32,000 nucleotides of DNA. It comes from Nitrosospira multiformis ATCC 25196. GTDB taxonomy: Bacteria > Pseudomonadota > Gammaproteobacteria > Burkholderiales > Nitrosomonadaceae. The notes beneath the pieces were generated by a model, which saw nothing but the letters and a program-made list of their open reading frames with translations, made no database searches and had not been told where the DNA came from. The position numbers and the translations under genes were made by a program. Every line of letters begins with the position of its first letter. The first letter of the stretch is position 1. This document shows, piece by piece, positions 1 through 10,128 of the stretch. Where the stretch lies: assembly GCF_000196355.1 (NCBI RefSeq), contig NC_007614.1, positions 930,001 to 962,000 of the forward strand. The letters are read 5' to 3'.

Positions 1-103
1 CAAGACTCGGGCTTTCCGTAAGGGAGTTGTAGTGATAGAAAAAAGAATAATCCGAGTCGGGAACCGCTCCAGCCTGTATGGCTGGACGAGATGGGATGTT
101 TCA

Positions 104-877
104 TCAAAAGAGAATTGTCGTATCCCTGGGGCTTGATTGGGTGCTTAGCTCATCCGCCAGCTCCTGGGCTACCTTGAAGTCGAGCGTCCCTTCATAAATG
201 GCGCGTCCCGTTATTGCACCTGCAATACCTTCCGGTTCCATCTCGCACAGTGCCTTGACGTCATCAAGGCTGCTCACGCCGCCACTGGCAATGACGGGAA
301 TCGTCAGCGCCCTGGCCAGCTCCAGGGTCGCCTTCAGATTGACACCGCTCAACATGCCATCGCGCCCGATATCGGTATAGATGATTGCCTCCACGCCATA
401 GTCTTCGAATTTTTTCGCAAGATCCACCACGTCATGCCCCGTCACCTTGGACCAGCCATTGACCGCCACCTTGCCGTCCTTTGCATCCAGCCCGACCATG
501 ATATGACCTGGAAAAGCATTGCACGCGTCGTGCAGGAATCCGGGGGTTTTTACTGCGGCTGTGCCGATGATGATGTAGGTAATACCGTCATCGAGGTAAC
601 GTTCGATGGTTTCCAGATCACGTATGCCGCCGCCGAGTTGAGTCGGAATCTCATCCCCGATGGCATCTACGATGTCGCGGATTGCCAGCTCGTTCTTCGG
701 TTTGCCCGCAAACGCGCCATTCAGGTCTACCAGATGCAGTCTTCTGGCGCCTTGATCCAGCCAATGCCTGGCCATGGCAGCAGGATCTTCAGAAAATACA
801 GTAACGTTTTCCATCACACCCTGTTTCAGCCGTACACAGTGACCGTCTTTCAAATCTATAGCGGGAATGATAAGCAT
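104..877 (-). CDS. hisA: 1-(5-phosphoribosyl)-5-[(5-phosphoribosylamino)methylideneamino] imidazole-4-carboxamide isomerase HisA
   Basis: 257 aa ORF starting [20 protein letters not shown], with GGGIR and the C-terminal IASGGVSS phosphate-binding motifs of HisA; located in a his gene block. Confidence 0.97.
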   Translation of the reverse strand: MLIIPAIDLKDGHCVRLKQGVMENVTVFSEDPAAMARHWLDQGARRLHLVDLNGAFAGKPKNELAIRDIVDAIGDEIPTQLGGGIRDLETIERYLDDGITYIIIGTAAVKTPGFLHDACNAFPGHIMVGLDAKDGKVAVNGWSKVTGHDVVDLAKKFEDYGVEAIIYTDIGRDGMLSGVNLKATLELARALTIPVIASGGVSSLDDVKALCEMEPEGIAGAITGRAIYEGTLDFKVAQELADELSTQSSPRDTTILF

Positions 878-941
878 TTTGAATCAGGATAAAAATGAAT
901 TGAGTTTCAGAATTCGTAGCGCGCAAACCTTCTAACGTTTC

Positions 942-1580
942 TCAAACGGGCTTCCAGCGGACAAAGTTACCGAGGAGCGTCAGGCCGGCCGCGTGGCTCT
1001 TTTCGGGGTGGAACTGTACGGCAAAAATGTTATCTTTCGCCACCGCACAAGTAAAAGAAAAGGGGTAAGCACTGTGACCCGCCGAATCGGCGTCAGCGGG
1101 TTCGACATAGTAGCTGTGCACGAAATAAAAGCGCGAATCATTGGCAATGTTTTTCCAGAGGGAATGCCCGACCGACTGATGGACCTGATTCCAACCCATG
1201 TGCGGCACCTTGAGTTTCTGCCCTTTTTCATCTTTCATCGCACTTGCGGGAAAACGCTTTACCCTTCCCGGCACGATACCGAGCCCGGAGACATTGCCCT
1301 CCTCGCTGCTGTCGAACAGCATTTGCAGGCCGATGCAGATACCCAGGAATGGTTTGTTGGCGGCTGCGTCCCGCACGGCTTCGCGCAATCCGAGCCGGTC
1401 CAGTTCACGCAGGCAGTCCGGCATGGCGCCCTGCCCGGGAACGACCACGCGCTCCGCTTTCCGCACTACTTCAGGGTTATTGGTGACAGCGATGACAGCC
1501 TCGGGGGCGACATGTTCCAGTGCTTTGGCTACGGAACGCAGGTTTCCCATGCCGTAGTCAACAATTGCAATATCAGTCAT
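942..1580 (-). CDS. hisH: Imidazole glycerol phosphate synthase subunit HisH (glutamine amidotransferase)
   Basis: 212 aa; IAIVDYGMGNLRSV, VVPGQGAM, GICIGLQMLF nucleophile Cys motif and FAVQFHPEKS. Confidence 0.97.
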   Translation of the reverse strand: MTDIAIVDYGMGNLRSVAKALEHVAPEAVIAVTNNPEVVRKAERVVVPGQGAMPDCLRELDRLGLREAVRDAAANKPFLGICIGLQMLFDSSEEGNVSGLGIVPGRVKRFPASAMKDEKGQKLKVPHMGWNQVHQSVGHSLWKNIANDSRFYFVHSYYVEPADADSAGHSAYPFSFTCAVAKDNIFAVQFHPEKSHAAGLTLLGNFVRWKPV

Positions 1581-1603
1581 ACCGCATCTATGAGTGTGGG
1601 AAA

Positions 1604-2191
1604 TTACAGAGTGCCTTTGGTGGAGGGTATTGCACCCGCTGCCCGCGGATCGGCTTCCACCGCCATGCGCAGCGCGCGCCCGAACGCCTTGAATATGGTT
1701 TCCGCCTGGTGATGCGCATTTGTGCCCGATAAGTTGTCGATATGCAGGGTAACCATGGCGTGGTTGACAAAACCCCGGAAAAATTCGCTGATGAGATCGA
1801 CATCGAATTCCCCGATACGCGCCCGCACAAACTCGACATTGAACTCCATTCCGGGGCGGCCGGATAGATCGATCACCACCCGGGAGAGGGCTTCGTCCAG
1901 GGGCACGTAGGAATGGCCGTAGCGGCGCAAGCCGCTCTTGGTTCCAACCGCCTGGGTGAATGCCTGCCCAAAAGTGATGCCGATATCTTCCACCGTGTGG
2001 TGAGCGTCGATATGCAAATCTCCCTCGGCTGAAACCTCGAGATCGATCATTCCGTGACGCGCAACCTGGTCCAGCATATGATCGAGAAACGGTACCCCTG
2101 TAGCCAGAACCGCCTTTCCGCTTCCATCGAGATTGACTTTGATGTTGATGCGGGTTTCCAGCGTATTACGGTTGACCTGAGCGTGACGCAT
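1604..2191 (-). CDS. hisB: Imidazoleglycerol-phosphate dehydratase HisB
   Basis: 195 aa; [24 protein letters not shown] and [20 protein letters not shown] metal-binding motifs. Confidence 0.97.
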
Positions 2192-2248
2192 GCGAGGAAT
2201 CAGGTGAAATAAATCGAATAAAACTGCAATAAAAATGGGGATAGGGCG

Positions 2249-3346
2249 TCAGGCTTTCGCTTCAACCTTCACGAGCAAAGTTTGCAGGACCTCCAGAAAC
2301 TGCGCATTTTCATCCGGCATTCCCACGGTCACCCGCAAGCAGTTTTTGAGCAATGGGTGAGCGCCGTCCAGATTTTTGACCAATATGCCACGTTGTTTGA
2401 GTTCCTGAAATACCTGGGTTGCCTTATGATCCTGGTTCAGGCGAAACAGGATGAAATTCGCATCCGTCGGAAAAACCTCGATACCTTCCAATTCCGCCAG
2501 CCGCCTGCTCATCGATGAACGTTCAAGCTTGATGGCTGCCGCCTGTTGCAGCAGGACATCACGGTGCTGCAGTAATTTCTCTGCAATCCGTTGAGTAACG
2601 ATTCCTACATTATACGGCAGCCGCAATTTTTCCAGCTGTCTTAGCCATTCGGGTTTTCCCGCCAGCAAGCCCAGCCTCAAGCCGGCCATTCCCAGCTTCG
2701 AAAGTGTGCGCATCAGCAACAGATTGGGATGATGCGCGAGCTTGTCCATGAAACTCGCATCGGCGAAGGCATGGTAAGCCTCATCGACGACCACCACGCC
2801 CGGGGCAGCGTCAATAATACGTGAGATTTCAACGGCGTCAAACAGGTTACCTGTAGGGTTATTGGGATAGGCGATAAAAATGACCGCAGGCTGGTATCGC
2901 GCAATTGCGGCAAGCATTGCCTCCGCGTCGAGTGAAAAATCGGGATGTAATGGGACACCCACATAATTCATCGAAGCAAAAGTGGCAATCATGCGAAACA
3001 TGACGAATGCAGGCTCCACGCTCATCAATACCGCGCCGGGCTTCCCGCATGCTAAAGCAATAATCTGGATGATCTCATCCGAACCATTGCCGAGCATGAT
3101 ATCCATCCCGTCCGGGATGCTCAATGCCTCGCGTAACGCCGCTTTGAGCGCTGCTGCATCGGGGTCGGGGTAGCGATTGACCGGCGTCTCACCTGCAAGC
3201 TTCGCAATTTCATCGCGCAATTCCGGGGGAAGCGGGTAAGGGTTTTCCATCGCATCCAGCTTTATCATTCCGCATGCGGGAGGCACGTGGTAAGCGGAAA
3301 GCGCGAGAATTTCGGGGCGAATGATCTGATCGGGGGAAAAAGGCAT
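2249..3346 (-). CDS. hisC: Histidinol-phosphate aminotransferase HisC
   Basis: ORF track gives a TTG start at 3355, but an ATG ([23 protein letters not shown]) lies at 3346. Contains the aminotransferase motifs [20 protein letters not shown] and [14 protein letters not shown]. Confidence 0.95.
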
Positions 3347-3605
3347 AACAGCCAATTCTACCTCATGGTCGAGTTAATTACCTCAGGTTTATTCATCCCC
3401 CCGCCGAGCCGGATGTCGATAGTTCCTTGAGCCTGGGCCGGTGGGATCATAGGGCGTTCACTACCTGATATCTCCTGCATCCGCTGAATGCAGCGCGGCT
3501 CGATCCATGCGCAAAATTCCCAGGATTTATCATAAGAATGGATTGTACGCTCTCGCCCGGCTTCCGGCTTTCCCGGCGGGGGAGAAGGAAATCCGGGAGA
3601 GGTCC

Positions 3606-4928
3606 TCAATTTTTTCCAAGGGCTATTTTTTTTGTGTAACGATATTCCGCTGACATTGCGTGTGCCTGCAGCCCTTCACCTTGGGCCAGGATAGAGGCAA
3701 TGGCGCCCAATTTCGCTGATCCCTGCCCCGATACCTGAATAATGCTGCTGCGTTTCTGAAAATCGTATACTCCGAGTGGCGACGAAAAGCGTGCAGTACG
3801 GGAAGTGGGGAGGACGTGGTTGGGACCCGCGCAATAATCTCCCAGCGCTTCCGATGTATGGCGACCCAGAAAAATCGCACCCGCGTGTCTTATTTTTTCC
3901 ACCCACTTTTCCGGCTGTTCTACTGATAACTCCAGATGTTCGGGCGCGATGCTGTTGGCGATCTCACAGGCTTCTTCCAGATCATGCACCTGAATCAAGG
4001 CGCTCCTGTTTTCGAGCGAAGTCCGGATTATCTCCTTGCGTGGCATCGTTTCCAGCTGCCGGACGATACTCGCTGCGACTGTTTCGATAAAATGAAGATC
4101 GGGTGACAGCAGGATTGCCTGCGCCAACTCGTCGTGCTCCGCCTGGGAAAACATGTCCATCGCAATCCAGTCCGGATTGGTTTTGCCATCGCAGATGATC
4201 AGAATTTCGGAAGGTCCCGCGAGCATATCGATCCCTACCACACCGAAAACATGCCGCTTGGCTGTTGCCACATAAGCGTTTCCCGGGCCGACGATCTTGT
4301 CCACTCGCGGCACGGTAGGGGTGCCATATGCCAGTGCGCCCACGGCTTGAGCGCCCCCTATGGTGAAAACCCGGTCAACCTCGCAAATGGCCGCAGCAGC
4401 GAGCACCAGGTCATTTACTTCGCCCTGTGGAGTGGGTGTCACCATGACAAGTTCGCCCACTCCTGCCACCTTGGCGGGAATTGCGTTCATCAGGACTGAT
4501 GAAGGGTAGGCTGCCTTGCCGCCGGGAACATACAGACCGGCACGATCGAGAGGGGTGATTTTCTGCCCAAGGTGTGTTCCGTCAGGCTCCACGTAGCTCC
4601 AGGATTGCGTCAACTGTTTCTCATGATAGACGCGGACCCGTTCCGCAGCCTGCTCCAGGGCGTTACGTTGCTCGCCAGGCAGGTTATGAAGAGCTTGTTG
4701 CAGGCGATTTCGGGGCAATTCCAGATCCGCCGCCGATTTTGCATCCACGCGATCGAAACGGAGCGTGTATTCCAGCAAGGCTTTATCTCCCTCCGTCCTG
4801 ATCTTCGCGAGAATATCTGCGACAGCAGCCTCCAGCTTTGCATCCTGGGTGTTTTCAAACGCCAGCAGTTCCGACAGCGCCTTATCGAACTCGGTATCGG
4901 CAGAAGACAATCTCTTTATCGAAATCAT
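3606..4928 (-). CDS. hisD: Histidinol dehydrogenase HisD
   Basis: 440 aa; [57 protein letters not shown] and [20 protein letters not shown]. Confidence 0.97.
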   Translation of the reverse strand: MISIKRLSSADTEFDKALSELLAFENTQDAKLEAAVADILAKIRTEGDKALLEYTLRFDRVDAKSAADLELPRNRLQQALHNLPGEQRNALEQAAERVRVYHEKQLTQSWSYVEPDGTHLGQKITPLDRAGLYVPGGKAAYPSSVLMNAIPAKVAGVGELVMVTPTPQGEVNDLVLAAAAICEVDRVFTIGGAQAVGALAYGTPTVPRVDKIVGPGNAYVATAKRHVFGVVGIDMLAGPSEILIICDGKTNPDWIAMDMFSQAEHDELAQAILLSPDLHFIETVAASIVRQLETMPRKEIIRTSLENRSALIQVHDLEEACEIANSIAPEHLELSVEQPEKWVEKIRHAGAIFLGRHTSEALGDYCAGPNHVLPTSRTARFSSPLGVYDFQKRSSIIQVSGQGSAKLGAIASILAQGEGLQAHAMSAEYRYTKKIALGKN

Positions 4929-4987
4929 GAGGGGTAAGGAAAGGGATAAGGGATAAACGAGCGGGGCAGTTGCAGTTCCGAGCCCGC

Positions 4988-5671
4988 TCAGGGGGTTGCT
5001 CCAAGGGGGTAAGGAGATAGAGGTGTAAGGGGAGTAATCGCAGCCGAGAAGGCTTCCAGCATCGGTTGTATTGCGCGGCGTTTCAATTTCAACGCTGCCT
5101 GATTGATGATCAGTCGGGATGAGATCGGCATTATTTCTTCGACGGCCTTGAGATTGTTCGCTTTCAGCGTATTGCCGCTTGAAACCAGATCCACGATTGC
5201 GTCCGCCAATCCTACCAGGGGAGCAAGCTCCATGGATCCATAGAGCTTGATGAGATCGACATGCATTCCTTTTTCCGCAAAGTGTTCACGCGCCGTCTGT
5301 AGATACTTGGTAGCGACTCGCACTCGCGCGCCCCGCCGGACCGCAGATTCATAGTCAAAATCGCTGCGTACAGCCACCATCATGCGACAGCGGGCGATAT
5401 TCAAATCGAGAGGCTGATAGAGCCCTGCGCCGCCATGCTCCAGCAGCACATCCTTTCCCGCGATGCCCATGTCTGCCGCGCCATATTGCACATAGGTCGG
5501 TACATCCGAAGCCCGTACGATGATGAGCCGCACGTCGTCGCGATTGGTGGCAAGGATCAGCTTGCGTGATGTTTCGGGGTCATCCAGCGGAATAATTCCC
5601 GCGGCTTTAAGCAGGGGTGCGGTATCGTCAAAAATCCGCCCCTTGGAAAGGGCGATGGTGATGCTCGTCAT
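4988..5671 (-). CDS. hisG: ATP phosphoribosyltransferase HisG (short form)
   Basis: Internal ATG at 5671 gives [25 protein letters not shown]; contains [36 protein letters not shown] and [20 protein letters not shown]. The track's longer ORF (to 5764) has an implausible N-terminal extension. Confidence 0.95.
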   Translation of the reverse strand: MTSITIALSKGRIFDDTAPLLKAAGIIPLDDPETSRKLILATNRDDVRLIIVRASDVPTYVQYGAADMGIAGKDVLLEHGGAGLYQPLDLNIARCRMMVAVRSDFDYESAVRRGARVRVATKYLQTAREHFAEKGMHVDLIKLYGSMELAPLVGLADAIVDLVSSGNTLKANNLKAVEEIMPISSRLIINQAALKLKRRAIQPMLEAFSAAITPLTPLSPYPLGATP

Positions 5672-5978
5672 GAAGAATGCGCAAAGGCTGTATTTTACCG
5701 CAAAAGTCGTCGAGCCGGTTTGCCGACAATTCAAGGACGAATGACAATCCCGGAATTCCAGCAACGGGCTCCTGAAAACGACTTCGGGAAGCAGGAAAAT
5801 GACGTCAGCAAGCCAGGATTTCCGGAGTTGCCGGACAGGATGAGATTCGGGCGAAGTGCCAGCGGACTTGCCGGGATTCAGCCCAGGATGGCCTTGTTCA
5901 CAATTTCTTCACAAAATTACAACATTTGATTCACATATTCATAACGTATACTTCACATCAACCTCACAAGTGCATCAC

Positions 5979-5994
5979 ATATTGTTCACAATAT
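5979..5994. promoter_or_regulatory. Possible operator: inverted repeat ATATTGT-TC-ACAATAT
   Basis: Perfect 7-bp arms with 2-nt spacer in the AT-rich region upstream of the 6068 CDS, among repeated TTCACA/TCACAT motifs. Confidence 0.35.
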
Positions 5995-6067
5995 ATTCAC
6001 GCTTCGCGGGGTCCGTTCCAAACAGGTACAAAATTCAACATCAATACAAAAAGAAAGTGAACTGTAA

Positions 6068-7192
6068 ATGTCAGTACTATCGAAAGAAAGCAGCAAAGTC
6101 AACACGATCGTATCAAGGGAAATGAAGAAGTATCTGCGCCTTTGTCTGTTTCTCGGCGCCGCCTTTATGTCATCCAGCGCACTGGCACTGGCGCAAACAG
6201 AAGACGAGCTCAGGAGGAAACTGGAACTGCTGGAGGCGAGAATCGCTGAGCTGGAAGGGCGACTGGAGAATCAGGAGGCTCAGGATGTGCGTGGCAAAGG
6301 GCATCATGGCGGCGTGAATCTGAAGAGGTCTCCGTCCTCTGGCGTGGCGCATCCAGCCTTTGCGCAAACCGAGGCCGAGCCCAGGAAATCCGAAGCCAAG
6401 GAGATCAAGGAAGCCAACGGGGCGCATATGAAGGGGCATGCAGAAGGCGGATGGCAGGCTGCTCATGACAAAGATCATGGCTTCGACAAGGAAAAATTTC
6501 ACGGTGGCGTGACCTTGAAGCAGGATGCATTCTTTGGCTTTCAGACCATACTCGATGCGGGTTATGAAGTTGCCGACAACATCGACTTTACCTTCTACAG
6601 CTGGCTTTGGACAAGTCCCAACTTCGGCCGTAGCCGGGTAGTCGCCGGACCTAACGGCATGCAGGTGGATGCAGGGGGTAACGGGTTATGGACCGAAGTC
6701 GGAATGGGCTTGAATTTTCGACTTTTCAATGACACATTGAGTATCAATCCCCAGTTCGGTATTCTCAACGGCGCCTTGCTTTCCAGCCGGATTGTCGGCA
6801 GAGGCATTCGCGCTGGCGAAGGCATAGTACCCAGCATCACCTTCAACTATGACAACGGATTTTTTACCGGGCAGGCGTATCTTGCTTACTACGCCGCCAT
6901 TCGTGACGAGCGCGCCAGGGACTTCATCCATAACTGGATCAACATCGGTGTCAAGCCGGCGCTGTTCAATTTCAAAAATGTCCCGATCAATTCTGTCGGG
7001 GTTCACTGGGAGCATTTGCGATTTCACGTAGACCGGATTGAAGGCAATCCCGGTACGGTCTACAACTGGATCGGCCCTTACGTGGAGTTTGCACTACCCA
7101 TGCATCTCGCCCTGCGCTTCGCCGCTGGCGCCGATCTCAAGGGTGAAGTATCCAACGAGTTCTATCAAGCCAGCATCAAGATGCATTTTTAA
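6068..7192 (+). CDS. Predicted outer-membrane/periplasmic beta-barrel-like protein with an N-terminal coiled coil and a His-rich linker
   Basis: Signal-peptide-like MKKYLRLCLFLGAAFMSSSALALAQ, coiled coil DELRRKLELLEARIAELEGRLENQ, then an aromatic/Gly-rich alternating pattern ending in ..HF at the C-terminus. A start at the internal Met (MKKYLR...) is likely. Confidence 0.7.
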   Translation: MSVLSKESSKVNTIVSREMKKYLRLCLFLGAAFMSSSALALAQTEDELRRKLELLEARIAELEGRLENQEAQDVRGKGHHGGVNLKRSPSSGVAHPAFAQTEAEPRKSEAKEIKEANGAHMKGHAEGGWQAAHDKDHGFDKEKFHGGVTLKQDAFFGFQTILDAGYEVADNIDFTFYSWLWTSPNFGRSRVVAGPNGMQVDAGGNGLWTEVGMGLNFRLFNDTLSINPQFGILNGALLSSRIVGRGIRAGEGIVPSITFNYDNGFFTGQAYLAYYAAIRDERARDFIHNWINIGVKPALFNFKNVPINSVGVHWEHLRFHVDRIEGNPGTVYNWIGPYVEFALPMHLALRFAAGADLKGEVSNEFYQASIKMHF

Positions 7193-7214
7193 GGTCGAAG
7201 GCGCTATCGGTCCA

Positions 7215-7886
7215 ATGGTAACTTCAGGAAAAAAAATGGAGCAGAAGCTGGAGCATCTCACGAGCTCGGAATTGCGGGCCTTGATAGCGGAGCTGCGGCC
7301 GCTAGAGGTATGCGATCTGGTGGAGCGTGAACATCAGGTACTGGCTGCGCGGCAGATGCTCGACTCCTTGTCGGAACAACTGCGGCACGCCAAAACGGAA
7401 GCAAAGGCGGCTCACCGGCAGTTATGCAACTGGCGCCTGTCTCATCCGTTTCGCACACGACTGCATTATCTGGGATGGATGCCTTCCCGATTTCTTGCAG
7501 AGCGCGAGTCAAGCAAATCTGCGGCGGAGACGGAAGTGCTGCAATTGACCGAGCGTGTCTATCTTGCTGCCGAGCATCTCAAAAAAATAGAGGGCGAGGC
7601 GGAGGCGCGGATTCAGTTGGAACAGGCGCCGGTAAGGGAACGCATTGCCGAGTTGGAATATCTGTGGCAGAAGAGGGCGGCCCAGGAACAGATGGAGCGG
7701 AAGCAGACGCAGGAGCCCGCCAGCAGTTTGTCGCCATTCATGGCCCACAAGCTCAAGCGGGAGATGAAGACACAGGACCTTCATCCTGCGGAGGCTGGCC
7801 GCACTTCGGCCGACTCATCCCACAACACCGGTACAGCCGGTACAGTGGCTAAACCGAGAGGGTTCTGGAAGGTGGCCAGCAGGTAG
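7215..7886 (+). CDS. Hypothetical coiled-coil protein
   Basis: MVTSGKKMEQKLEHLTSSELRALIAELRPLEVCDLVERE...; ATG at 7215 or 7236; Glu/Lys/Arg-rich heptad-like pattern; directly downstream of the 6068-7192 CDS. Confidence 0.6.
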   Translation: MVTSGKKMEQKLEHLTSSELRALIAELRPLEVCDLVEREHQVLAARQMLDSLSEQLRHAKTEAKAAHRQLCNWRLSHPFRTRLHYLGWMPSRFLAERESSKSAAETEVLQLTERVYLAAEHLKKIEGEAEARIQLEQAPVRERIAELEYLWQKRAAQEQMERKQTQEPASSLSPFMAHKLKREMKTQDLHPAEAGRTSADSSHNTGTAGTVAKPRGFWKVASR

Positions 7887-8023
7887 GCAGTCTTGTCATT
7901 CGCTTGAGCTTGTTGAACGGCTTCGAAAGCAGCCCTTGTCCCAATCCTGACCCCTGACTCCTGATTTGAGCTTGCGGAAGAGTACAAACGCCAAAAGGTT
8001 AGAATCAGGCCCAACAATTTTTC

Positions 8024-8060
8024 AAAGGCTTATGGATGAAACCGTAAGCCTTTTTCTTTT
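8024..8060 (+). terminator. Rho-independent terminator
   Basis: AAAGGCTTA ... TAAGCCTTT inverted repeat followed by TTCTTTTGTT. Confidence 0.65.
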
Positions 8061-8469
8061 GTTGAGGCACTTAAGGGGCAATTTATCAAGAAAATTACTG
8101 GTGCCTTCTCCCTGGCATAAGGCTGATCGACGCATAGGCGCTTGCCGAATGCCATCTTCCCACCTGGTGCTCCGAAGGAAGATCCAGGTAGCTCCGCAGC
8201 GTCGATTCTGGAGGGCACTAAACTACAGCATGCGGCTAGGGATGCGTTCGCCTCAGTCCACCTCCCTCTTCATTTCTGTTTCAACAGAATATAAGCAGCG
8301 CTAGCTCGCTCAAATTGTACAAGCCGTTTATTTGGTGGTTTGGCAATGGTCGAATGTGCGGTAGCGAACAGTCCTATTCCAGTCCCCTCATGATATTTTT
8401 AAACTTTCTTCCCAGCAATCACTCCTTCAGCTGTAAGGCCAATACCTAAACGGGACAGCAGGCACAGAG

Positions 8470-8934
8470 ATGCAGAAAGAGGATTTGAAGGTCCTTTCCG
8501 GACTCAAGCTCTTGATCATGTATGACGAACCAGAAGCGCTGGACGTTACTAAAGAGATACTGTCTTTTTATGGAGCGGAAGTGATAATCTGTACCGAGGT
8601 TTTGGAGGGATTGGAGCAGCTGCAAACAGACAAACCTGACGTCATCCTCTGTGACCTGGGTACATTCCCGGTAAAGGGCTACCAGTTCCTCTGGGCCGTG
8701 CGGAACCTGCCGGTGGGCAAAGGCAGGGATACTCCTGCCGTCGCGCTGTCAGTCTGGAGCAGGAAAGAAGTGCTGGCCAAAGCAATCAATGCGGGTTTTC
8801 AGAGGTATTTTTGCAAACCTGTAGAGTTTTCGGCGCTGGTTGAAATGATTGCAGGTTTGGCAAGAAAGCAGCAGGACCTAAAGGGCAAGCAGGTCTCAAA
8901 TATTCAATCTGCACAAGATTCATACAGAGGATAA
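8470..8934 (+). CDS. CheY-like receiver domain protein with a non-canonical acidic pocket
   Basis: 154 aa; LKLLIMYDEPEALDVTKEIL, phosphoacceptor-like VILCDLG and YFCKPVEFSALVE; closely similar to the receiver protein at 14485-14952 (shared QAVRNLPV.KG.DTPA.AL). Confidence 0.85.
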   Translation: MQKEDLKVLSGLKLLIMYDEPEALDVTKEILSFYGAEVIICTEVLEGLEQLQTDKPDVILCDLGTFPVKGYQFLWAVRNLPVGKGRDTPAVALSVWSRKEVLAKAINAGFQRYFCKPVEFSALVEMIAGLARKQQDLKGKQVSNIQSAQDSYRG

Positions 8935-8964
8935 ACCACAAACGTAATGCAGTACAATGTGGTT

Positions 8965-9179
8965 TTTCCTCAAGGGTTGAAGCCTCCTGACAAGGCCTTG
9001 CATCTCCTGGCATGCTTCCCAGGAAAGTTGTTCCGTGGTGTTCTGCGCTATCAACTTCAATACTGCCACCATGGCTTTCCGCGACGCTGGGCACCTACGG
9101 CAAGCCTGTGCCCCAGCCTTGTTCCCTTCCCTTGCGGCGGCTGCCCTTTGGAATACCTGGAACAGGCTCTCCATTCAAA
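8965..9179 (-). pseudogene. Histidine kinase C-terminal (HATPase_c) fragment, truncated and frameshifted
   Basis: Minus-strand pieces MESLFQVFQRAAAAREGNKAG and SVAESHGGSIEVDSAEHHGTTFLGSMPGDARP match the intact kinase at 18416-19567; a 4-nt deletion relative to that copy breaks the frame. Confidence 0.85.
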
Positions 9180-9339
9180 TGGCCAGAGTGGACGCCAGCC
9201 CTCGTTATCCCTGCCCATGACGCCTGTTCGATCCCCTTTGTCGTCGTAGGGCATTGAGGATCACGGACTGCTCAGCAAACGAGCAATTTGCACATGCGAA
9301 ATTCCCACTGCATTACGGTTTGCTCGCAGCGTGAAAACC

Positions 9340-9536
9340 TTACCAAATATTGGACGCCTGCTTGTCCTTCGGGCCCTGCGTAACCCGAGCGTTATTTTTT
9401 GACTTTCCTTGAGGGTTTTGAGGCCGGACAGGGTGATTTGGGAGAAGTGTGCAAACAGATCTTCATTGTCGTCATCAGGGGTAATGAAGCCCCAGTCTTT
9501 TTCATCATTGAATCATTCGACTGTGCCAGTTGCCAT
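9340..9536 (-). pseudogene. CspA-family cold-shock protein pseudogene
   Basis: Manual minus-strand translation gives [44 protein letters not shown].., then after a frameshift [14 protein letters not shown]. In-frame TGA where Trp is expected, plus a frameshift; compare the intact paralog at 23928-24137. Confidence 0.9.
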
Positions 9537-9666
9537 TCCTGCTTCCTAAAAAAACCGGCCTGAGCGCGAACGTAGATCGCAAAAACATCGAATGGTCCAA
9601 AGAAGGGATGCAATTTTACGATAGCGCTGACCAGGTAGTTTTACAGTCTCTCGAGACGAGAGATGA

Positions 9667-9870
9667 TCAGGCGATAATGCGCATTTCGCGCAGCCGACGG
9701 CGAAGGAGTTTGCGAGTTTCATCCTTGTAAGCCGCGAAGACAGTGTCCATATCGAGTTCTGACCTGGATTTTCCAGCAGAGCGAAGCTTTTTGTTGATCC
9801 CACTTTCCAGCCAGTGGTCAAACTCATCCTGCGTATATCCGTACAGGTCAATGTATTTTCGTTTCTTCAT
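9667..9870 (-). CDS. Small hypothetical protein (67 aa), basic
   Basis: ATG at 9870: MKKRKYIDLYGYTQDEFDHWLESGINKKLRSAGKSRSELDMDTVFAAYKDETRKLLRRRLREMRIIA; plausible composition. Confidence 0.5.
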   Translation of the reverse strand: MKKRKYIDLYGYTQDEFDHWLESGINKKLRSAGKSRSELDMDTVFAAYKDETRKLLRRRLREMRIIA

Positions 9871-10128
9871 GACATTTCTTCCGGGATAGGGAAACATATC
9901 AGTCAAAAAAGCCCTGAGTTCAGGGCTGCCGCATTCTGACAATCTCCAGACGAGGAATATGTGCAGTAACGCACCTACGAAATCCCTGTTCACGATTTTC
10001 CTTAATTATGAGTGTGACATACCAAACAGTATGAGTTACTAAGGAATATTAATCTGATCTCCAATGTCATGCAGGGACTGCTGAGCAAGGATAGCTGGCA
10101 GATAACGTATGACAAAGGAGAAAATAGT

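Noticed and set aside
993-1712. Plus-strand ORFs opposite hisH/hisB (also 434-892, 4134-4499, 4572-4937)
   Set aside because: Antisense ORFs in high-GC coding DNA with no family resemblance.
3358-3609. 83-aa ORF exactly filling the hisD-hisC gap
   Set aside because: Apparent tiling relies on TTG starts; hisC has a better ATG at 3346 and the peptide resembles no known family. Kept only as a low-interest spacer observation.
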